DNA from: an uncultured Chitinophagaceae bacterium
GTDB lineage: Bacteria > Bacteroidota > Ignavibacteria > UBA10030 > UBA8401
NCBI GenBank assembly: GCA_964409765.1
Contig: CAYPEM010000019.1
Coordinates: 1,429 to 65,428 of the forward strand
Direction: 5' to 3'
Length of the DNA stretch: 64,000 bases
Position numbers and translations under genes: made by a program. The notes below the pieces were generated by a model. That model was given only the letters and a program-made list of their open reading frames with translations. It was not told where the DNA came from and searched no databases. Shown in pieces: positions 49,366 to 58,375 of the stretch (position 1 is its first letter; each line of letters opens with the position of its first letter).

Positions 49366-50886
49366 ATGGCCATGAACAAAGAAGCAATCGCATCTCTAAA
49401 TAAAGAAGAAACGGCACCTAATCAAATAATGCCAATTAGGGACACGATATTTATTGGACACGCTAACCCGGAAGACAATGAATTTACTCTTTGGCTTCGG
49501 TCGAAATTAATTAACGAAGGTTATAAGGTTGAATGCGATTTGACATTTCTCCTTGGAGGAGAGAATGATTACTGGAAATCTCTTCAAGAATTATTAGAGA
49601 GCGGAACAATCAAATATTTACTTGTTTACAGTAAAAACACTTTTCTAAAACAAGGAGTTATTGATGAATGGGAGCAAGCAAAAGCAGTTGGCTCAGACAC
49701 CGGAATTCAAGACTTCAGAATAGTGTGCAAAATTGATGATGTTAGTTTTTCATCACGCATTGGACTTAACGTGATGAACCAAATAAGGTTTGACCGTTCC
49801 TGGAGCATAGGCTTAAAGCAAGTTCTAAGGAAGCTACGAAGAGACCAGGTGCCACGAGGCGCTAAGAATAATTATTCCGTTGATGATTGGTTCAAAAATC
49901 GATATACAACTGAGTATAATTTGAAAAAAAAGAACGAATCATATTATTCCAACTGGTTTGAGTTACCAGAGTTGCCAGAGACATTATTTATTCATGAGTA
50001 CGATACGCCCGCCCAAGCAAAATTAATAGCTAATGAGATATCGAGTTATCCTGCATTTGCACATGATAAATACTTAGTCACTTTTTTAGAAAATGTCCCT
50101 ACTTCCGGCAAAGAAAAAATCGATGAGCTAAATGGAGCTACAAAATTAATTGATATCGACATTGTGGCAAGAAACAAGCAATGTATACCTACACGATTAT
50201 ATAAAGATAATCATGATAGCTATCCATTCCCAGGAAATGTTGATTTAAAAAAGTTCATGGTTCGACTTTTAAGGGACGCATTCTTTAAATTTCTTAATTT
50301 GAAAAATGTTCCATTTCATGAGATGTCCAACAAGCTTCGCTGCTTTTACTATAGAGAAGGACAAATTGAAAATAATAAAGTTTCATACCTCTATCGAGGA
50401 AATTGGAGTAGACCAAAACAAATTTTGGGAGATTACTTTGAGCATACATGGCATTATGGTATAAGTGTTAAACCCATATTGCGTCCGGTGTTACGTTTTG
50501 CAATTAAGGGTCACCTATTATTTTCAGATGATGGAGAGAATATTTGGGAAAAGAAAAATGAACTTGCTTCCGCCAGGCGTAGCAAAGGCAAAGGATTTTA
50601 TAATGCAGATTGGAGAAACCTAATGTTAGCGTTCATGCATAGTATTGCTGATGATGAAGGCAACATATCAATGGCCCTCTCCGATATTTTTACCGTTACA
50701 ATAAGTGCAAGCCCTATAATTTTTCATTCAACATATGGATATGTTGAACCAACTTCAAATGCACGACTGGTTCCAGTGGATTCAGAGTTTGAGTCATTTA
50801 TGGAAGAGGAAGAAATGTATGATGCAGAAGAAATAGAAGATGCAGAAGAAAATAATGAAACTAACGAAAATGATATTGAATTATGA
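49366..50886 (+). CDS. TIR-APAZ protein (SPARTA-type partner of a short pAgo). It has an N-terminal TIR domain, an APAZ region and an unusually long acidic C-terminal tail.
   Basis: N-terminal IFIGHANPEDNEFTLWLRSKL...KYLLVYSKNTFLKQGVIDEWEQA is TIR-like, with a candidate catalytic Glu in DEWE. 506 aa. Ends with EEEEMYDAEEIEDAEENNETNENDIEL. The stop overlaps the start of the downstream pAgo gene by 4 bp. Confidence 0.7.
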   Translation: MAMNKEAIASLNKEETAPNQIMPIRDTIFIGHANPEDNEFTLWLRSKLINEGYKVECDLTFLLGGENDYWKSLQELLESGTIKYLLVYSKNTFLKQGVIDEWEQAKAVGSDTGIQDFRIVCKIDDVSFSSRIGLNVMNQIRFDRSWSIGLKQVLRKLRRDQVPRGAKNNYSVDDWFKNRYTTEYNLKKKNESYYSNWFELPELPETLFIHEYDTPAQAKLIANEISSYPAFAHDKYLVTFLENVPTSGKEKIDELNGATKLIDIDIVARNKQCIPTRLYKDNHDSYPFPGNVDLKKFMVRLLRDAFFKFLNLKNVPFHEMSNKLRCFYYREGQIENNKVSYLYRGNWSRPKQILGDYFEHTWHYGISVKPILRPVLRFAIKGHLLFSDDGENIWEKKNELASARRSKGKGFYNADWRNLMLAFMHSIADDEGNISMALSDIFTVTISASPIIFHSTYGYVEPTSNARLVPVDSEFESFMEEEEMYDAEEIEDAEENNETNENDIEL

Positions 50887-52397
50887 AAATGCAACATAAA
50901 ATATACTATTTAAAGGAGCCAGAATTAAAATTTGCATATAATCAAAGCGTAGTTGACCCAAGGGATGGCTTAACGCTTTTTGGTCCTTATGATAAAGGGA
51001 AAGTATCCGACCTATCGGTAGGAATCATTGGCACCGCAGATGGAATTGTTAAGTGTAAAAATTGGTTAACTAAAATTCAAAGACCTGTTTTTCATCCCAC
51101 TCATGATATTGCCAAGCCTTTCTTTCCTGGATTTGATTCTGCATTTTTCGTTTCGATGAACATGGAATCAATACCAACTTTGCAAATTGATGACTCGACA
51201 CTGGATAGTCTATATAAGTATTCAGATAGTCATATACGAGTGGCCGAAATTGTTGATTTGTATATTAACAAACTACATGAGTACCTAAAGGAAAACGAAA
51301 AACAACCTCGATTATGGTTCGTAATAATTCCGAATAAGGTTTATACATTATGCCGTCCCAAAAGTATCGTTCCCAAAAAAGGTTCTATTAAAGTTGGCTT
51401 CTCTGATGACTACTCTCGTAAAGTAGTAAGCATGTTTGAAAATGAAGAAGCTGGTAGATGGAGGAAAGCATACGACTATGAAAATCATTTTCATAATCAG
51501 CTTAAAATTAAATTACTAAATCAACGCATTCTAACGCAAATCATCAGAGAGGACACAATAGCCTTTGAGGATAAACCCAACGTTACTCCGAAAAAATTAA
51601 AAACCTATCAAAATCAAGTCACGGCAATAACCTGGAATCTTGCAAATTCAATTTATTATAAAGCGGGCGGCATACCGTGGAAGTTGGCCAATGTTCGTAA
51701 AAACGTTTGCTATATTGGTCTTACTTTCAAACGAGACGAAACGCATCATGATACGAGAATTGCATGTTGCGCTGCACAAATGTTTCTTGATACCGGTGAT
51801 GGGGTTGTCTTTCGAGGTCGAGTTGGACCTTATTATAATCCAACAACAAAAGAATATCATCTGACAGAAGAAAAAGCATATGAGCTATTATCAAAAGTGC
51901 TAACATCATTTAAAAAAGACAATGAATCTGAAATTCCAGAGAAAATTTTCATCCACGGAAAAACTTTTTTTAATGATGAAGAGTGGGCTGGCTTTGAAAG
52001 AGCTGCCAATGGTAAATGCCATGTTTATGGGGTTCGCATAACACATGAGAAAGATTTTAAATTATTCCGGGAAGGAGAGTATCCAATATATAGAGGAGCT
52101 TTTTATAAAAGACATAATAAGGCAGCATTTCTATGGACGAAAGGCTTTATGCCAAGGATTCAATCTGTACTTGGCCTTGAAACCCCGAATCCTTTACATG
52201 TTGAAATAATTCGAGGAGATGAAGACATTCAGACTGTTTGCAAGGATATAATGATGCTGACAAAGCTTAATTATAATGCATGCATTTATTGTGATGGAAC
52301 TCCCGTAACACTAAAATTTGCGGACTTAATTGGAGAGATTCTCACTGCAGGTCCGAATGAAGATTTAGAAATTCTTCCGTTCATGTATTACATCTAA
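50883..52397 (+). CDS. Short prokaryotic Argonaute (MID-PIWI only), predicted catalytically inactive
   Basis: 504 aa. Translationally coupled to the TIR-APAZ gene. PIWI-like region ..ITWNLANSIYYKAGGIPWKL..VCYIGLTFKRDETHHD.. lacks the GxDV(S/T)H and RDG catalytic aspartates. This call is from the architecture and was not verified by a search. Confidence 0.65.
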   Translation: MKMQHKIYYLKEPELKFAYNQSVVDPRDGLTLFGPYDKGKVSDLSVGIIGTADGIVKCKNWLTKIQRPVFHPTHDIAKPFFPGFDSAFFVSMNMESIPTLQIDDSTLDSLYKYSDSHIRVAEIVDLYINKLHEYLKENEKQPRLWFVIIPNKVYTLCRPKSIVPKKGSIKVGFSDDYSRKVVSMFENEEAGRWRKAYDYENHFHNQLKIKLLNQRILTQIIREDTIAFEDKPNVTPKKLKTYQNQVTAITWNLANSIYYKAGGIPWKLANVRKNVCYIGLTFKRDETHHDTRIACCAAQMFLDTGDGVVFRGRVGPYYNPTTKEYHLTEEKAYELLSKVLTSFKKDNESEIPEKIFIHGKTFFNDEEWAGFERAANGKCHVYGVRITHEKDFKLFREGEYPIYRGAFYKRHNKAAFLWTKGFMPRIQSVLGLETPNPLHVEIIRGDEDIQTVCKDIMMLTKLNYNACIYCDGTPVTLKFADLIGEILTAGPNEDLEILPFMYYI

Positions 52398-55339
52398 TTT
52401 ACCTGATTAGTGCCTTGGACTATTTTAATTTCTTCCGGAGTTAATTCATAAAGTTGATATACAATCTGATTTATTTTCTCCTCACAAAAATCAATCTTAC
52501 TTTGAATTTGAATTAATTTGTTTTCGAGTTTTAATTCTTCCTTCTCTTTATTCAATTCCTGCAATTGTTTAACAAGATTCGCAAGTCCAGATTCTTGCTT
52601 TCCGTTTATTGGAAATGGCAATTCATTCAAGTATACTGCTTTTACTTGTGGTATCACTCTTTGGCCACCTTGAATTAAAGTATCATATAGAAATTGAAAT
52701 AGTTTTGAATGGAAAATCGCTAAAACTACATTTACATTAATTCCTGATTTGGTCTTAAAGAGATACAGTGAATCTGTAGCATAAAATCCAAATTCATCAT
52801 ATGCAACCGTAAGTTTTTTTGTAGTTGTAAGTCCAATGAATTTATTTGAAGAAAATATTTCAGGATTTCTTGGTCTATGTAATGCAAACCATGGGTGTTT
52901 GCCCTCGGCAACTTCACGACATGTAATAAATTTTTTAAATTCAGATAAATGTTTTTTAGCATTTGGGTAATCGTTGATATTATCTTTGGATGTGAGATAA
53001 AGGATTACATCATTGGTATGTATTGTGTTGAATCTTTGTATATGCTTGCCTAATACAAGTGGCCGTAATATTTTCTTCTCTATTTTTTTCTCTGCAGCTT
53101 CATTTGCATTCAACACAAACGCCTTTGAATAGTCAGGGCTAATTCCTCTTTGTATTTCACCGTCTATTATATCTCTGAATGTTGCAAACCTCCCTTGCAA
53201 CTTCTTCAACAAAGAAACATTCGAAGTACTGAAAGTAAAGTAAGTGAATAATCCATCCTTTTTTACTAATTCAGTCCACTGAGATTTATCTGTTGATTGA
53301 ATACTATTTAGATTTCTTTCCTTTTCTTCCGGACTTACATCTCTTAGGTCCGCTATATACAAAGGTGAACTCTCTGAAGGAGATTTTGTAAATACAAGAA
53401 TTGTAGAAGTGTTTAAAACTTTAGGCCCAAAAACCTTTTCGCCAAGATTTATTACAATTTCAAGATTAAATTTTTCAGCTATCAATTTACGTAAAAGTTG
53501 CACATCGCTTTGGTTCAAGAATGTACTTGGTATTATCATTCCAAAGGAGCCATCTTTTTTCAGAAGTTCAAGAGAATGATTAATAAAGTACATGTAAGAA
53601 TCAATCATCCGAACAATGATAGCATTATGTCTGCTCCTTAAATAATCAAGAGACTCATCCGATAAATCAGCACCCCACGGTGGATTTCCAACTACAATAT
53701 CAAAACCACCTTGTGAAAAAATATTTGGAAAACCAGTTTTCCAATTAAATGGTTTTATTTTTTTATCCTCGCCAAAATCAAATTTCCCCTCATAGAAATC
53801 CACATCAATCAAACTATTCCCACTCTTAATATTATTTTCTAACGATGGCAAAACTCGTTCATTCCACAAACTCATCTGCGAAGCAATACTTGCTTCAGTT
53901 TCGCCTTCCATGCATTTCAGAAGTAAACTGAGCTTCGTTACTTCCACAGCATTTACATCGATGTCTACTCCGTAGATGTTATTCTGGAGAATACGTTTTT
54001 TCTCAGCCGTAGTAAGGTGACCCTCCGGGGTTAATGGATTATCTTTCTTTCCTTTCGATGCCGGACCATTCCTGGTGTAATAGTCTTTATGGTAATCGAG
54101 CAGATATTGATATGCACCCAGGAGAAAACTCCCAGAGCCGCATGCGATATCGGCAATTGTTATTTCGGAAATTTCTTTCGGAGTTTTACCTTCGATGAGT
54201 TTGCCGACTGTGTTTTTTACAATATAATCTACTATGTACTGTGGAGTGTAGTATACTCCGCCTGCTTTACGAACTTCCGGCTTCTCTTCAATCTTCGCCC
54301 TATGAGCGCTATCGATGCGAATTTGTTTCCCAAGGAACTGTTCATAAGCATTGCCCAGGATTTCGACAGACAGGACCGAAAACTCGTAAGGTGATTCCGG
54401 ATAATAAAGTTCATTGATAATAGTCTTGATAACCTTGTTATCGACTTTGATATTTTCCGAAATCTTATCCTTCTTGAAATCAAAAATACCGGAGTTGTAT
54501 TTCTCATCAGCCTTATGAAAAATATCGAAGAGATTTTTATAATAATCCCCCGAACTAATCGAATGTTTGAGATTGCCATATGGTTCAACACTTCTGTCCT
54601 CAGCAATTCGCAGAAAGATTAGCCGGTCGATAGTTTGTTGGACCACAAAATTGATTTCATCCTCATCCAGGTTTTTGTTATTCCAGCTAATGCTTGTGGC
54701 CAAATAGGTCCGCCATTCATCGAGCGACTGCAGGAATTCTTTATCGACTGTTGTTGTTCCTTTTTTATTTGCTGTTGATGCAACAAACTTGTCGAAACTG
54801 CCTTTCAGTACTTTCTCTTTGCTGAATGTGTCGTATATGAATTCAAACTCTTTAAGGTAATCACGGAAGGTGATGTATCGTATCCTGGCCACAGACGCTT
54901 TATCTGCCGGCAAAGGTTTCTTTGTACAATCATATACTGCAAACTCTTCAAAGTCTGTTATAATGGAAATGGGGAGCTTCGCAGACCATCCGTAACGTCT
55001 TATTTGATATGCCGGAATGATTTCATCCTTTACTACAATATGTGGCTTCTTTGCTTCCACAAAAAATAGGCGCTTGCCTCCCGATAACCGGAACGAATAA
55101 TCCGGAGCCTTGATTGCACCACTAATCCTTATTTTGTCTTCATGGATAACTTCTCGATAAGCTTCTGCGAACCCCTGAGCGTTGTTCATATCCCAGCCCA
55201 ATGCCGAGAAAAACGGGTCGATGAAATCCTTCCGTGTTAAAGTCTCATTATACCCGGACCGTTTGTAAGACTCGTATTGTTCTTCAAATCTGTCAATCAG
55301 GTCACTAATTATTTCTCTTGCTGAATCCTTAGTTGTCAT
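52394..55339 (-). CDS. Type IIG (MmeI/Eco57I-like) restriction-modification enzyme: N-terminal PD-(D/E)xK nuclease, gamma-class N6-adenine methyltransferase, C-terminal target-recognition domain
   Basis: Nuclease motif ..APDYSF...LFFVEAKKP. MTase motif I DIACGSGSFLLGAY and motif IV VVGNPPWG. 981 aa. Its 3' end overlaps the pAgo 3' end by 4 bp, tail-to-tail. Confidence 0.75.
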   Translation of the reverse strand: MTTKDSAREIISDLIDRFEEQYESYKRSGYNETLTRKDFIDPFFSALGWDMNNAQGFAEAYREVIHEDKIRISGAIKAPDYSFRLSGGKRLFFVEAKKPHIVVKDEIIPAYQIRRYGWSAKLPISIITDFEEFAVYDCTKKPLPADKASVARIRYITFRDYLKEFEFIYDTFSKEKVLKGSFDKFVASTANKKGTTTVDKEFLQSLDEWRTYLATSISWNNKNLDEDEINFVVQQTIDRLIFLRIAEDRSVEPYGNLKHSISSGDYYKNLFDIFHKADEKYNSGIFDFKKDKISENIKVDNKVIKTIINELYYPESPYEFSVLSVEILGNAYEQFLGKQIRIDSAHRAKIEEKPEVRKAGGVYYTPQYIVDYIVKNTVGKLIEGKTPKEISEITIADIACGSGSFLLGAYQYLLDYHKDYYTRNGPASKGKKDNPLTPEGHLTTAEKKRILQNNIYGVDIDVNAVEVTKLSLLLKCMEGETEASIASQMSLWNERVLPSLENNIKSGNSLIDVDFYEGKFDFGEDKKIKPFNWKTGFPNIFSQGGFDIVVGNPPWGADLSDESLDYLRSRHNAIIVRMIDSYMYFINHSLELLKKDGSFGMIIPSTFLNQSDVQLLRKLIAEKFNLEIVINLGEKVFGPKVLNTSTILVFTKSPSESSPLYIADLRDVSPEEKERNLNSIQSTDKSQWTELVKKDGLFTYFTFSTSNVSLLKKLQGRFATFRDIIDGEIQRGISPDYSKAFVLNANEAAEKKIEKKILRPLVLGKHIQRFNTIHTNDVILYLTSKDNINDYPNAKKHLSEFKKFITCREVAEGKHPWFALHRPRNPEIFSSNKFIGLTTTKKLTVAYDEFGFYATDSLYLFKTKSGINVNVVLAIFHSKLFQFLYDTLIQGGQRVIPQVKAVYLNELPFPINGKQESGLANLVKQLQELNKEKEELKLENKLIQIQSKIDFCEEKINQIVYQLYELTPEEIKIVQGTNQVN

Positions 55340-55478
55340 TCAAATGGGCGGAATTTTGACAAATATAAGGTATTAAGGGTACAGAAATCAGGGTGAATTT
55401 TGGGTAAGTATCTGCCTGCAGATTGCATTCAAACGAGCCGTAAACATGGTAACTTTACTCTCGTTAACCGGACCCATA

Positions 55479-57218
55479 ATGAAAAGCATTATTACCACGA
55501 TTACCATATGCATGTATGGCATTGCACTTAGTGCCCAAACCGAAACGGTGACCATCGATGCCGACAGCACACGACAAACTATCGAAGGATTTGGAGCTAC
55601 CACCCTACCACTTGTGTATGGCTCCCAGGACAATCTCGGCATCTATCGTGCAGATGCATTGGCCAAAGCCTACAACGATGTTAAACTGACCATGGGTAAC
55701 ATTTCAGCCGGTAATATTGAAATGGATTCCAGCCTGGTCTTCGGTACATCAACTAATGATGACAACGACCCTTTCAATTATGACTGGTCTGGATTCAATT
55801 TTAAGTATTCCAAAAACGATATTCAATATCTAATCAATCCTGCGGCTCAATATGGGTTCAATAATTTCATGATAGAAAGTAAAATTAATCACCGTTGGGG
55901 CACGACCTGGATGCCGGCTCTTCGAAGCAGTAACTATAATCAGTATCTCGATGAATGTGCGGAGTATGTTCTGGCCGTTCATAAATACTGGCGAGACAGC
56001 CTGGGAATCGTACAGCCTTATGCGATGATTTTTAATGAGCCACTAACGGGCAATGGAGAATTGAATGGCGGAACGGTCCAGGAAGTAGTAGATATCATAA
56101 AGCGTGTTGGTGACCGGTTCCGTGCCGAAGGTTTCGACAGCATTATGATTATTGCTCCGAATGAAGAGACGCTTACTCAAACTCTTACCGATGTAACAGC
56201 TATTCTTGCCGACAGCGCTGCAAGAAAATACATCGGTGCGATTGGATATCATACATATCCATATGGTTCACCTTATGCAGAAGCTTCGAATATCCTGGCA
56301 CAATCCGGAACCGGAAATCCGGATGCAAATGAAATTAACAAACGAACACAGTTAAAAGCAATGTGTGATTCATTCAACATTCCGCTTTGGTTTACAGAAG
56401 TATGCTGCAGTTCGTTACCATTGTTTTCGATGGACCTGCTTCGTGGAAGAGCAATTCACATTCATGATGAGATGTTGTATGCCGGAGTATCAGCTTACTT
56501 CGGAATGAATACCCTGTGGGATTACCAATCGCAACTTGACCATTTTGGCAGTGGGGCCGGATTTAACAACGAAGCGGAGATAGTTCAGATAGACAGCAAT
56601 GGTGTTTCACGAATTACATCGACAGGCTATGCGATTGGCCACTACGCAAGGTGGTTACAAAAAGGTGCGAAGAGAGTTGAATCGACAAGCTCAGATTCAC
56701 TGGTCCAGATAAGTTCATTCAAGGATGAGTCTTCAAACAAGTTTACAGTTATTGCAATTAATAACAATTCTGTAAGTAAAACTGTTCAGTTTGATTTCTC
56801 CGGAATTAATCTTATCGATTCGGTTCATGGTGAACAATCATATGATTCAACACGATGGGAGTCCATTCCACCGGTGACTCCGCTATCTAATCAATTTTCA
56901 TATACTCTTCTTCCAAATAGTGTTACTTCATTTGGTGGAACATTCTCAATACCAACTGGAATAAATCATATTGACAGGAATAATTTCGTATCGGTTTCAC
57001 CAAATCCTGCAAACTCCGTAATTGAAATTAAGATTGCCGGTACATCAAAATCAGAAACAAATCACTATGTAGTAGAAATCTTCAATACAATTGGTGAAAA
57101 AGTCTTACAATCACAAAACGAATCTATAATTAATGTTTCAAATTTGGTTAGCGGAATGTATTTCCTAAAAATTAGACTGGAAAATAAATTTCTTACTAAA
57201 ATATTTGTTAAGCAGTAA
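55479..57218 (+). CDS. Clan GH-A glycoside hydrolase (GH30-like) with T9SS C-terminal sorting domain
   Basis: Signal peptide MKSIITTITICMYGIALSAQ (internal Met of the ORF 55446..57218). Candidate acid/base MIFNEPL and nucleophile WFTEV. C-terminal VSPNPANSVIEIK...GMYFLKI...IFVKQ. Confidence 0.6.
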   Translation: MKSIITTITICMYGIALSAQTETVTIDADSTRQTIEGFGATTLPLVYGSQDNLGIYRADALAKAYNDVKLTMGNISAGNIEMDSSLVFGTSTNDDNDPFNYDWSGFNFKYSKNDIQYLINPAAQYGFNNFMIESKINHRWGTTWMPALRSSNYNQYLDECAEYVLAVHKYWRDSLGIVQPYAMIFNEPLTGNGELNGGTVQEVVDIIKRVGDRFRAEGFDSIMIIAPNEETLTQTLTDVTAILADSAARKYIGAIGYHTYPYGSPYAEASNILAQSGTGNPDANEINKRTQLKAMCDSFNIPLWFTEVCCSSLPLFSMDLLRGRAIHIHDEMLYAGVSAYFGMNTLWDYQSQLDHFGSGAGFNNEAEIVQIDSNGVSRITSTGYAIGHYARWLQKGAKRVESTSSDSLVQISSFKDESSNKFTVIAINNNSVSKTVQFDFSGINLIDSVHGEQSYDSTRWESIPPVTPLSNQFSYTLLPNSVTSFGGTFSIPTGINHIDRNNFVSVSPNPANSVIEIKIAGTSKSETNHYVVEIFNTIGEKVLQSQNESIINVSNLVSGMYFLKIRLENKFLTKIFVKQ

Positions 57219-57238
57219 AGTTATTAATGTAAACAAAC

Positions 57239-57739
57239 TCACATACCCGGCATCATTCCACAACCCATTTTCATTTTCTCAGGCTTTGCTTTCTTACCGT
57301 CATTGGACGCTGGTTTAATTATCAACTCCATACCACACTTAGGACATTTTCCTGGGATAGCTGACTGAATTTCCGGATGCATTGAACAAGTATAAATGAC
57401 TGAATTGTGCTGCGTAGTATCAATTACAACCTCCGGTTTATTCATCATACTTGAATTTCCATTTCCCATCTCGTTCATATCCATGCCGTGCATCATTCCG
57501 CAATCCATTTTCATTTGATGATTACTGCCTCCATCTGAATATGACTTCTGAATTAACTGCATTCCGCATTTTGGACATTCTCCTGGACCGACAGCCTTTA
57601 TTTCGGGATGCATGGAACATGTATAATAAACCGAATCGATTTGCTTTACTGGAATATTCGAATTAACATTTTGCGCAGAAGTGGCAAGTGAAGCACAAAT
57701 AGCAAAAACAAGAAAAGGGATAATTAATTTTATGTGCAT
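57239..57739 (-). CDS. Periplasmic protein with two heavy-metal-binding domains (HMBD; YxCxMHP...CPKCGM)
   Basis: Signal peptide. Two copies of YTCSMHPEI...G.CPKCGM.LI.K. A Met/His-rich linker MKMDCGMMHGMDMNEMGNGNSSMM. Confidence 0.65.
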   Translation of the reverse strand: MHIKLIIPFLVFAICASLATSAQNVNSNIPVKQIDSVYYTCSMHPEIKAVGPGECPKCGMQLIQKSYSDGGSNHQMKMDCGMMHGMDMNEMGNGNSSMMNKPEVVIDTTQHNSVIYTCSMHPEIQSAIPGKCPKCGMELIIKPASNDGKKAKPEKMKMGCGMMPGM

Positions 57740-57786
57740 TTTAAAATTTTCTGTCTTCTGTTATTTAAAATTAAATAGAATTGTAT

Positions 57787-58200
57787 CTATACTCTATGCA
57801 GAGTCATTGTCCGGGTATGTTGTGGATTACGATTTGAGAAATAACAATAGTTAGCATCACGGCTTGTAATATCCCAATCATCATTACATTCCTCTAAAAT
57901 CGCATTTTTATCACAACCTATAATACTAAAATGAACCATCGAATGATTATCATGAATGAAGTTCCAACGACAATTGTATAAATGAGAATTATTCCGAATA
58001 ATCATTGCGCCATTCACATTACAATCAAAAGTATAACCTGCAAACTGGTTTGCTATTTCGACATCATCTTTGATAAATGAGCTTATTCGCCATGCTCCAG
58101 GTGTCGGTTCCACTGTTAAAGACAGGTAGGTAGATTCTTTCTTACAAGAATTAATCACAACCATAAAAGGAATTAGGACAAGGAATAAGAGCGTTTTCAT
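57787..58200 (-). CDS. Cys/His-rich lipoprotein, paralog of CDS 32194..32616
   Basis: Lipobox VINSC. Shares GAWRISSFIKDDVEIANQFAGYTFDCNVNG...VHFSIIGCD...ECNDDWD...CYF with the paralog. Confidence 0.55.
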   Translation of the reverse strand: MKTLLFLVLIPFMVVINSCKKESTYLSLTVEPTPGAWRISSFIKDDVEIANQFAGYTFDCNVNGAMIIRNNSHLYNCRWNFIHDNHSMVHFSIIGCDKNAILEECNDDWDITSRDANYCYFSNRNPQHTRTMTLHRV

Positions 58201-58375
58201 TGTTTCATACTTTCAGAACGATTCAAACTCATGTAAGCCAATTAATGGCGAAAACAATTGCTAAAGCTCCATAATAAATACTTGCAATGAAATGATATCT
58301 ATCATAGTTATAAGTACGAATTCATATCTAATAACAGAAAGATGAAAATTTATAGTTACTGAAAATCTCGTAGGT

